Under the pieces are notes generated by a model. The model saw nothing but the letters and a program-made list of their open reading frames with translations. It was not told the DNA's origin and made no database searches. A DNA stretch of 54,956 bases, counting the filler, from Sphacelaria rigidula (lineage: Eukaryota): assembly GCA_964200075.2 (NCBI GenBank). It is 3 parts of 3 records of this genome, joined end to end, with 100 filler letters (N's around TTAATTAATTAA, not from the genome) between each part and the next. Parts side by side here need not be neighbours in the genome. Positions count along the whole stretch, not along the records: positions 18,357 to 36,610 come from CAXNAA020000887.1; positions 36,711 to 54,956 come from CAXNAA020000888.1; 1 more part is not named here. One strand, written 5' to 3'. Positions 25,701 through 36,789 of this stretch are shown here, piece after piece. Both the position numbers and the translations under genes were made by a program. The stretch's first letter is position 1, and each line of letters opens with the position of its first letter.

Positions 25701-28700
25701 TTAGGATTCGTTCCCATAATGAATGGTCTAAGGGAATTTCTTAGCACATTTTTTTCGACCGAAAGAAGGGGGTGGTGGAATTGATTTGAGCGAGATTCGC
25801 TCATTTTTCTCGAGTTGGGTCCGAGCGAATTTTCCAGCTTTCGATCAAATAAAAAAAATGTGAAATTCGTGAAGCGGTACATGGTCGCTTGTGTACAGTA
25901 CAGTCTGTACTGTCTGCACTGTTTGCATGCAGTGTGTCTGAGTGTGTGTGTGTGTGCGTCTTTCGTACAGAAGGAGGTGAAAGAGAAGCGGGCAACGTGC
26001 AGTACAGAAAACGGAGGACTACAAGAGTATCTGTTCGATCTGCTTACAATACGAAGTGAAAAGGACTTGGACAACGTGTAGCTTTGTACTGCCTGCACTG
26101 CCCATGAGCGTGTACACAAATCGGTTACCCACCCTACCACGCAGTTCCGTCGCTGACCCCTACCATGAGAGAAGACGAAAGAAGATGCGCAAGTTTTCGC
26201 CGACAAAAAATAAACAAAGCGTACCCAACGACTGCAGTGTATTTATCCCGGTGCTAAACTCGTGCTTTATGCTGCAGGGTTGCGGTGGTAGCTGAGAATG
26301 AGGTGTGTGTAGTTTGTATGGTTCTGTGAACGGGTAGTATCTGGCGTGGAGGTCTGTAAGATAGCAGTCACGTGCCGCTTCGTGCCTTTCGACCGCATGT
26401 TCTTGATCGAAAAAGGCTTAGCTTAGTTTTCTTTTACTCCTCCGCGCGCCATAAATTATCAAAAAGTTGAAGTCAGCTAGGAATAGAAATGCGATGGATC
26501 TATCACATCGCGAAAAAACACCCACCGCACATTTTCGTCCGAAACAAAATGTGCTAAGGCACGCCCTGAGAAACTCCCTACTACTATTTCAAACGAGATT
26601 TGACGTTTAATGGGTTAAGGCCGCTTCATTTAGACTGAAAAAGTCACCCAATAAAGTTCAGGCGTACGTCTTCTCTCAGTGACTTCAAAACCCACCCCTT
26701 AGTCTATAAAAAATCCTGGGGATTTGTACACCCGAGGCCATCATCTAGCCTGCGTGCAGACGGGGGTAGTGGTCATCATTTGCGTCTTGTGCTTGTGCCA
26801 CAGGCGGTAAACTAAGACGTAAATAATCCCATTCAGGTACAGAATGGATGGGATGCCAACACACACACATGCACACGCACGCACACAGTAGCTACTGGTA
26901 TAATAGAGATCGAAATTACAGGCGTATCAATCCTTACTTCAGCCGACCGCCGCTGCGTACAGTGGTGATGTCGCAAGCGGTGCAGCGTGCAGCAGTACGA
27001 CCATACCGCACACAACACATTCACGTGACAGTCAGTAGTGCCGTAGCAACAGTCTCAGTTCACCGAATACTACAGAGTTCACAATCGGCGGCGGGCACGA
27101 CGAGTATGAGACGATACGAGCTATCAATGCAGCCAGCAGGGGTGATACCGTGCTATTTCATGGCAGTAACGTGCCGGCGAAAAAGCACTGTGCTCTTGTC
27201 CTGCTGTCCCTGGTCCTATGCTGATGAGGATGCACGGGGTGCTACAGCAGCTATGCTGCTACTACCATGCTGTACATACAACATGGATAGCTACTTTTGC
27301 ATCGATTGTACTACACTTGTATGCGAGGAGTGAGTGGCGGAACGTCAGTTTCCAAACAGAGAAAAGTCTCCAGGAACTGACGGCTTTTTTCAAGTAGATT
27401 TGGGAAAATCTCGCCGTCTGGAAACGGCCGTCAGTTTCCAGAGACTTTTTTCATGGAAAATGGCCACATGAGGTCGCGTTTTGAAAAAATCTCTGGAAAC
27501 TGACAAAAACGACCTTTCTCAGTGACTTTCTTCAGTCTGAAATAAGCGGCCTAACCCTCCAGCATTCGCAGATAGACACCCGAGACTTGCAGTCATTCAT
27601 CAAATGGATGTGATACCGATTCATCACGTGGACAATCGGTTACGTACCACTTGGCTGCGTTATGTAATCAATTGCCAATTTGAATCCATTGATGCCAGTG
27701 CGAACGTTCATGACCAGATCTTTACTACGAGCATGCAATGCCCCAACGCATGTTCAGTAAAATAGTTTCCTGGATCCCCGCATCAAAAGGTTATCCCCTT
27801 TGCTGCCAGGTTGGGTCTTCATCTTTAGCCGAAAAACGAATCCAAAAGGCCCAAGTGACCCACCCTGGCGATCAAGGGGTTTAAACCAAGCCAACGGTAA
27901 ATGCTCGGATCAACTAATACCTGTGCGTGAACCATGAGGCATGCATGGATTCGTAGTTAGGTTCGAAAAGCTCCCTACATGTCTAAAACCTTAAAACCAC
28001 GCCATCACTGATGCTTCGATAGTTGTCCCGACTGTTCGTTATAGTCGGGTGCTGTCTGTACAATAGTCGTTCCGCTTGAAAATCGCGAATACCATATAAT
28101 GGGCCCTCGTGTAAAGCACGGATAGATGTCTAACTGGACGTGAGCCCCTACGCGGCTTCGTGTATTTTATCCAAATATATGAGTTCTAGATTTCTTGGAA
28201 AGACTGTCAGGTGCGGGTCGTAGCTCATGTTCTTGCGCGACTTTTGCGTGAACGATCGCCGGTCCAAGTACGAGGCCACACGCGCGAATCTGAGTGCAGT
28301 CTGCCGGCACGATCACCGGTCATGATTGTTTCGACGTTTTAATAGCACGACCAGGTGCTGCTGGTTTCAAACACAGACGATCGTAACCTGAGCCATGCGT
28401 GTGTGGCATGGGACCTTTTCCGTTCCCAGATCGTCCTTGTCGATGTAGACGTTGACTATCCAGTACAAAAGAAAAACAATAACTCTTAGGTACCCCCGTC
28501 AAGAATCCGTTAACCTTTTGACCGCCAAGGTGGGCGATTTGGGCCGCATAGTCACTTTCCAAGTCAAAATGATGCCGATTCTGGCCGGATGATCAACTTT
28601 CGCGGTCTAAGTTGGCGCGTAACCAGCGAGCTCGGGCGCAAAGATCGACCAGAACGGGTGAACAAAGCTAGCGCCTCGGACTTCACCAAACCGTAGCAAG

Positions 28701-30251
28701 CATGGCTGACCAGGGAACTGCGTGCATTTTATTGGCTCAGGATGAAGAAAGTCACGTTCTGATGGACGTCATATTGATGTCATGATTGCACCAAACACTT
28801 CCCTTGGCACTCTTGTGGCCGTCTCAAGTGTGGATCTCTCCGTGCCAGAGGGTTTCATGGTCTGCATTTTATTCGGGTTAGGTCAGTTTAGGTTCAGGGT
28901 GGGGGTGAGTTAGGGTTACGGTTGGGTCAGGTCGAGTTGGGTTGGTGTGATGATTGATAATTGCACAAGGGATTCCCACTTTGTATACACACGTTGACAG
29001 CATCGGCTGGCGGTTTGGCTGAATGTCCTCCACTCTAAGGCCGTGTCTTATCAAATTGCTTTTGACTCGAAAACAATTTGATAAGACATGGCCTAAGCTG
29101 TACTTCGAACCACGACGTCAAGGAACCTAACTTCACACGACAGCAAAAAAGGCAAACGAAGACATTCGACTCACCGCGCGTAGTCCTGACGATTTTGATC
29201 AGCGTAGAGTCATCTGACAGCACGTCCGAAAGCGCTAGGATGATGTTCTCGTACGCCAAAAGCAAGCACAACACCGGCTGCAGGGATCGCAGCGAGTAGC
29301 AACAAGTCGGGCCAATCAGGGAAGAGCAGTTCAAATTGTGACACCAGGGTACTACACTGCTTTCACCTCCGCAGATGGATACCCACAAGGAACGCGGAAT
29401 GCACAACAGAAGTAATGTTGTCGTAGAAGAGCCGCTCCATGAGAACGTATCACAAATGACGCAGAATCTTTTGCCGTTCTTTTACGTACGGTGAGCGGTC
29501 TACCCGAGGGCACTTTCCTTGGGCATGATGCAAACGAAAAAGGAAAGTTCCGAGATAGACGGGATGGGACACACATCAAGCCGATTAATTCCGACTCACG
29601 AAAAGCAACGGCCAAACTGGTAAGACAACGCAACGTAGAGTCGGGAGAGGCATACCACAACAGCATATGTACACCCGATGCCACGAGAGGTTTCAACTAG
29701 CTGTACTGTAATGCTGGGGGGAACTGCGCGAACAAGGGATAGTCAACAACCAGCCTATCTCAGCAGCTCCAGCGGTGCTCTTCTTATTCGGTCCTACAAG
29801 ACAGTGTGGTTCACATTAGAGTACAGTATAGACAGTTGGAGACGCATCTGTTTGAAAACTGTACAGCAGAAGAGCATATCAATACTATAGTGCTTCTGGT
29901 TCATGATATGATAATATGAAGTCTTGAAAAAAAAGGGTGAGAGCGGGTATCCGTATCATGGAAAGGCAGGCCACGTAGGATATGTTGCTAATGCACACCA
30001 ACAACACCTAATCACGTGAAAAATCGCCCCCCCCTCTCCCCCTCTCTTCTGCCTTTCCCCCCATGTGTACGGGCAATGAGGCAGCCTACCGCCTGGAGCC
30101 TAGCGTAACATACCACGAGTTTAGCGGCAACGATCTGCGGAAAGCGCCTGGCGAGGCGGATGCCGAAGGGGAAGCAAAACACGGACAAAGCAGCCAGCAC
30201 GGAGAACCAGATTTCCTCCAAGCGCGTATTGCTCTGATCGAAGAACCCCAT
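19770..30251 (-). CDS. Uncharacterised seven-transmembrane (GPCR-like topology) protein with long disordered C-terminal tail, 7 exons, ~529 aa
   Basis: Phase-consistent exons: 30251-30114 (ATG, MGFFDQ..KLV), 29277-29175, 23925-23831, 23017-22875, 22089-21882, 21408-21319, 20582-19770 (TAA). Seven hydrophobic segments are visible by eye. The exact C-terminal end is less certain. Confidence 0.8.
24230..26600. mobile_element. Nested degenerate interspersed repeats in the long intron 2 of the 7TM gene
   Basis: Shares segments with 5400-5880 on another contig. No credible ORF. Boundaries are approximate. Confidence 0.4.
26619..27551. mobile_element. PIF/Harbinger-type MITE
   Basis: TIRs ggccgcttcatttagactgaaaaagtcac / gtgactttcttcagtctgaaataagcggcc with TAA on both flanks (3-bp TSD). 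Subterminal gtcagtttcc/ggaaactgac repeats at 27343-27503. Confidence 0.75.
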
Positions 30252-30839
30252 AGCTGGATGATTCGATCAATAGATCAAGTCACGCCCCCCCCCCCTGCCT
30301 CCAGCACAGACTGACTTGCTAATTGTTTGCGCCGGTTCAGATGGGGTCCTTGACTAATATTTGTTTGTTTAGATTGTAATATTCGCATAGTCCTTCGTGA
30401 ATACCCGTTGTTTTTGTTGAAGATTTTTGGAACGGTGTACCACGGTATGTACTGACTGTATGGGCGACTTCCCTTTTGGAGCATCCCTGCGGTCGAACCA
30501 TTGGCATCATCGAATTAATGTCGAGATTTGCCCCGGATGGATTATACGACCTTCTGGTACGAAAAAATATAAATCTACATTCATCCCGACGGCTCAAAAA
30601 GCAAAAGACCGTTTCAGCACGATCCCTTTTTTTTTATTTTCATGCACAAACGACGAGTTCTCGGATAGATTTTTAGATTGTCGTGCGCACACACACACAG
30701 TACTGCTGTGCTGTATCGAGGATTAAATCAGGATTGATTTGTTATCCCTGTCTGGATCAAGCAAGCTGCGCATCATGCATGTTCAACAAGGTCTCTTTCT
30801 GCTGACAATATGGCTCAATGTTTGGGAGATCAAAGGTAA

Positions 30840-33800
30840 GGTACTGTGTCCTGGGTCTAAAACCGTCACGTCTCTCTCGGGCGCCGTACGGTCCATTGTT
30901 GCATTGTGCATTACACCGTCGGTTGCGTGAGGTACGATTCATGACGGTGCTTAACACCCCGGTCATGATCACTCCCTCGATTTCCTCGAGATGTGTTAAA
31001 GACCCTGCTGGCGTAAATGGCAACTTCCGTTGAAACGTGACGGCCTATTATCTTCATTGCCACTTGTCGCCGCGGTTAGTGAGAAAATGGAGGTTGAAGG
31101 AGTTGTGACGGGGAACAGATACTCCGTCACCTTCGCGTTTCATGGATATCAGCTGTCTGTCCCTGCTCCGTCGTTTCCGCTATGACAAGACCTGATGAAC
31201 ACCACCGTATAGCAGAGGTGTCAATAATCCAGAAAAGCGAGAGTTATTGCGGAGCAGTAGACGAGGGGCACATCATGATGTGGAAAGCTATTCGAGTTCT
31301 GATATTCTGTTACGCTTGAGCATTGTGGGGCGCTTTGCTGTAGGCTTATATCCAGGAGCGGTGTTCGTTTGTCATGTTGAAGTTTCCTGAAACTCGGCTG
31401 GCTCTATATGTTACGAGTTGATTGAGTGAAGCGCGTGTTCGCGCGTCTGGGCTACTTGAGCTTTGTTGGAGTTGCGCTAACCCCTACCCAGTGGCAAAGT
31501 GTCAAGGGGGGCGATGTTAATTTCGCGTAGCAGCAGTCACCTAGGCACCACCTACCATGAATCGACAGGGAGGATCGCGTGTGCAAGACGACACCATGTT
31601 TTGTTCTTGCATTTCGAAACATGAAACATGAACACACGCCCCAAGCTATCCAAGTTACACTACAGATACCTGTATCTCTCCATATGACGAGTATGGAACA
31701 ATCCCCTACAAATAAAATATGGCCAGGATGCCCAGTGCTCGCCCCAGTCGCTGCATCGCAAGTCCCGAACAGCCTGCTCTTGAATATGTGTAGGACCCTC
31801 GTTTCAGATGACAAGAAATCGATACAGGAATCACGTACACGTACGGTGCAACTGTGGAGGGTCTCGACCGCAGCACGCAGCAAACGCAACGAGGATCAGA
31901 GCAGGCTGACAGGACCCCTCTTGTTCTCGATTCCGACGTGCAAAACTCAAGATCGCGAATGCGGCGTGGCATGATCTTATGCCTCCATGAATGCCGTGCC
32001 CATGGCACGCGACGCACATGATACATGATGAGGTGGAACGCAGCCGCTCCCAGCTCTTGCGTTATCATTTTTACTTGAGCAATATTGTACTATTGTCATT
32101 GATTTATCGAAAAGATTGATTCACTTGTTGTGCATCGCGAGCATTGGAGCTTATGCTTTGGTAGCAAGGATGGTTGATCACTTGATTTTAGATAGAACAT
32201 CGATATTCCGATCTTGTGGCCGACAGTCCCAAGTGCTCCTACGGTAGCTTCCTCAGAACGTGTTTTTTTTTTTCAAATCGGGGTGGGCAACTCATAATTT
32301 GCCTGGAGCAACCGACCCCTGGCACGAGGGTTATCGTATGCCTTGGTCGGGGTCAGGGTTTACGGTTACGGTTACGGTTGGCGTTAGTTCAAAATCGTGA
32401 ATTTCCGAGAACGCTTCGGTAACGGCTCTCACGACCAAAGCGTACGCACCTCTCTCCGTGAGTCTGAGAGTCATGCCTCCATGAAGTGCCGCGACCAGGG
32501 TTATTGGTTGATGCTTCAGCATTTTTGGTCACGATCGATTTTACTGCAGAAAAACGCCGGGTTGGTCGTATACGAACGGTGGTATTGTACTGCAGTTGTA
32601 GCACGGCCGTGACATTACGCATTTCTTGCCCTACATTTTCAAGCATGGTGAGAGAACAAGATATTCGCCGTAATTATCAGGCACGCGGTAACTGCTGCCG
32701 TGTTTCACCATGGTCATTTATTAAATATCAAGTATGGAGCAGTTACGAGTACTGCTGTAGATGTGTGCATCTTGCAGCAGCAACGCTTTCATCCACATCG
32801 ATATTTTGCCAACTTGATCGAGGGATGCCATATCTCGCAGTTCCGGCACCACACCCAAACTATTTCTGTAGGCCCGAATTTGGGTCGGGGTGTGGGGGGG
32901 GGTTCTCATGATCTCGCATGCCGTAGTGATAAGACCATTGAACTAGCGATAAATGTGGGGGGGGGGGGCATACTTGTACTCTAAATTCAAGTGATTGGGC
33001 TGCCAGGCATGGTCAGACTTCATGACAAAACATCGGGAGAGTAGTCAGACTTTATGAGAATACTCTAAATTTGGCAGAACATCGGCGGCGAGCAGGAGCG
33101 CTGCCGGAGGCAAGAAATAATGCGGTATTTGGCTTGTTTTGCCTTTAAGAATGTGAAAAGTTGTGGAAATATGTAACTCCCCAATTTGAGGAGCTAAGAG
33201 GTTGAGATGACATGGAAATCGCGTTCAAAGCACTAAGCGATTCCTACATCATTCATCTGTAGCATGCAGCAGAAGAAGCGACTCTGCGTGAGGAGCGGAG
33301 GATGGGAACAAGGAAGCCAAGCCTGGTAGGACGTGGGGATAAGGGCGCGGAATTATTAACGTCCGAGCGGACAAACACGCATGTAGTTGAACAGCAAGCC
33401 ATCACGGTGTTTTTTGTGTTTTGACGTCACGGGATACCATTTTTGGTTATCGTTGTGTCCCGATGTCGTGCAATGAAACGGCGAACCTTGGCATATATCC
33501 GCTATATCACTTCGACGTGTAGTGAACATCTGTTCGCTCATGTTCAAAATATTCTTTATCATGCAGTTAGCAACTGTTGGCAGCTGGGGTTTTGGCGCTC
33601 GGCAGTTTCGCGTCAAGCGTCCCGCCGTATATAAGCCACAGTTCCTTTTGCTTTCTGAATTGTCCTCATTCGACGAACCAGCCGTCGACCTGCACGCTAC
33701 GGCCGAAAAAGACGATAAACTGCAGAACCATGAGTTGCCAACGAAGCAGACAGGACAAAAAAAAGCAGAAGACACCTGAAGTAGTCAGCCAGTGACCTTC

Positions 33801-34206
33801 CCAGGGCAAACCCGTTCTTCATGTGCTGCGGCACTGCCACAGAACATCAGACTCATGCTGTACAAGTCGACCGAAACAAGGAAGACAAAGCATGAAGCTG
33901 TGCCACACTGCTTCACGCGTCATTGACGCAAGCGATTTCCGTCGACGCCTTCGAAGCGCCCTCCGTCCCAATTGATGCCCCATATACCTCTGCGACTGTA
34001 AAGTACAGGCTTGAATTGTACAGTCAAATTGAATATAACGGTGTAAGCATCTTTGTTATAAAATCACCATACTAAAATTGGCATAAAAATAGTCGGTAAC
34101 GACAAACCGCAATAAAATGGATAAACTGGCACCCTCGTCGCCAGTTCCAGTTTAACTCCACTCCCAGTTTGATGGACAGTATAAACTGGTCCATTTCACA
34201 GCCCTA
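30840..34206 (-). pseudogene. Decayed hAT-family DNA transposon (transposase relic)
   Basis: Minus strand begins TAGGGCTGTG (hAT-like TIR, 34206) with aaactgg subterminal repeats. hAT-like motifs follow in order across frameshifts: EAVWHSF (BED-like, ~33905), PKPQLPT..FHCTT..YPVTSKH (~33600-33420), H/TSESI (~32130), DNA (32066), CHGH (32007), VTVLDP (~30860). It is interrupted by insertions at ~32200-33350. The second TIR was not found. Confidence 0.5.
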
Positions 34207-34240
34207 ATTTTTCAGGTGCCATTGATGTGTCCATGACATG

Positions 34241-34497
34241 TTACGAGGTACTAGAGATGCAAACTGTGTCGTCCAGGAGCTCGGGGATATTGATTGCGTT
34301 GGTCGTATCTCGGCGAAAATACCGAAGTACAGATGGTCGGTCGACGTGTGTCAGCGACCACTGCCCTGGAGTACTTAGTAAATCACCTTTCAGGAATTTT
34401 TGTCCCAGCTCCAAAAAGTGAGCTATACGCGTGGTGATATTTGCGCGTTTCGCCTGCATCGGAACGTGCACGATCCAAATGCGTTTACACTTCTCAC
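34241..34497 (-). CDS. Possible terminal exon of an unidentified gene
   Basis: Acceptor ctctcgtgcag| followed by an 84-codon open frame EKCKRIWIVHVPMQAKR..ISSTS*. Other exon-like pieces lie at ~34790, ~35709 and 36254-36192, but I could not chain their phases. Confidence 0.3.
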
Positions 34498-36610
34498 CTG
34501 CACGAGAGAGAACCTTGAGATGCCTTGACGTGACTTCTGGTCACCACAGAGATGTTACGTACTCACAGCGAGCTTCACAGGTGCTGTGTCCCCTGTAGGT
34601 GAAGGAGATGTGTTAATATCTCAGTGATGACCATTTCTTTTCATGGTTTGTACAAAGCAAGTGGGTGCTACAATAGAGCTGGTTCTATGTTTTACGCGTG
34701 CAGTAATTTTCTCCGCGTAGCACAGGACATTGTTAGTAGTTGTTAACTTCGTTCCTCTACGTCGAGCCTCTTCGACTTGGACCAACCTGCGTAGGTAGAT
34801 CAACCCTGCCAGCCCACGGCCTTCCGCCGACCACAGGGCCGGCGGAAATCTGCTCTAAACCCACTCGCGATTCTTGCAGCTGGTGTCGTCGTGAGACGCA
34901 GCTGCATCCCGCTCCAGGCGCCCGAAAGCTAAGGCATCTAACGCCGCCATACCCTGATTGTTATGCGGATGACTCGTGAAGTTGATTGCCTACTGCCGAA
35001 CACGAATTGAAAAATGAAAACATTTTTATTCATATTGCAGGTCTGCTGGCATCCTCTGTCTTGACATGGCCGAGTACGTTCACGTCGCAAGGTGCTGTAC
35101 CTCACGGTGCTTGGGTTGGTGCAGCACCGCCATCCTGGAAGCACGCATCGTGCAGACAATACACCGCAATGCAAATGTCAGGTGAGCAACGAGCATCAAG
35201 TACGTTTTTTCATGCATGCCCGAGCTCACACAGCGACCGCTTACGCGTGCAGTATCAAGTATCGACCTGCCTATCATGAGGCATTTTTGGGTGGTGCCAG
35301 AGAGTGTTGCACAGCGCGCTATTCCGAGTTGGAGAATAGTCGAGTGCAGTACATTCAGTATTGGCGTATTTCTCATATTCGCGGAACGGAGGAGGGGGCC
35401 TGGCGGGAGGGTTGCAGCTCTTTTATCCACGCCGGTGGCCTGTCAGAGTGCTAGTGTTTTCATCAAGTAATACAGTTTTCTGTCAGTATAGTGTAGGGTC
35501 CTTGCATAGTGGGGTCATGCCGGGCTGGCGACCCACCGCACAATGCCGGGACCATCACTGTGGTGGATACTACCTTCACCGTGTACTGTATTCGCTTGTG
35601 TTGAAGTCATAGTCACACCCGGATAAAATTATAGGCATCGACGAGTATTTTACCGGGTGGGTCACGTTCTTAGTGAAAGCGAAGTAGACGGTATCTTCAG
35701 GTGAGCCACCTGGAAATTATATTTATGTTTTCAGACTACTCAGCAACCGAATAATGATATTTTAATGTTCATGACGTGAACGCAAAACGTATGTACATTA
35801 TGAGAATCTTCACATCCATGTTTTTCTTGCTCCCGGAAATTCCCCGTCACCTTCACAATTTTGTTTCTTTTTTGTCAAGATAGTCTACCTTTTTGAAATC
35901 GAAAACTTCTGCGACCGCTGATGAGTGCACACTGCGACTTCCACGGGGAAAAAAAAGTGTCCTAAATAGTCGGCTAAACTTGGCTCTGCACTCAAGTATC
36001 GTGTTGTGTACGCTCCCATCCATGTCACCAGCTTGCGACTTCCTGCGCTAATGTTCATCCCGATCCTTGGGGACATATGCCCGTATACCGTTTGGCTGTG
36101 GTCTTGTGGGTTGCGGCTGGCGATCGTTTTCGTGGATGTAGTGTGTTCCGACGTCAAGGGATACCTTCCGCAGGCAGCTCGTCGTACGTACCGCATACAC
36201 GGTCGGTACGGGCTGTCGTACACCCATATGAACACGAAGATAATCATCGTTCACCTGGAAAGATGGATCTGGGGGGTGACGCAACCCGGTATGAGCGGTA
36301 TGAGAGGGGAAGCGCTTTTGTGCACATACATCGCTGTTGGTCAAGCTATCAAGCTCGCACGAATTCGACGTGAGCCTTGCCATCACATTTTGCGTCGTTA
36401 CACGATACGGTGCAGTACAGAAGGGCATGAGTCGGGGTACAGTGGTATAGAGAGAGAAGAATGAGGGTTCTGTGTCAACTAATACAGCCCCAATCTCCTC
36501 CCCTGAGTGACTCCCTCTTCCCCACCCCCCCCCCCCCCCCCTCCCCCCCCCCTGCTTCGTTTTTTTTTTTTTTTTGGTGTTTTTTTTCCCTTTTTCACAC
36601 GGTTTTGTTC

Positions 36611-36710
36611 NNNNNNNNNNNNNNNNNNNNNNNNNNNNNNNNNNNNNNNNNNNNTTAATTAATTAANNNNNNNNNNNNNNNNNNNNNNNNNNNNNNNNNN
36701 NNNNNNNNNN
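36611..36710. other. Artificial contig linker (44 N + TTAATTAATTAA + 44 N)
   Basis: Identical to 18257-18356. Confidence 0.97.
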
Positions 36711-36789
36711 CCCCCCCGAAAAAGAAAAAAACAACCCCACAACTGTTACGGAAGAATATAGCCATACGGCGCATATTCGCTGGTTTCAG

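Noticed and set aside
35917..35950. Hammerhead ribozyme core (CTGATGA; also ~3708)
   Set aside because: No correctly placed GAAA or supporting stems.
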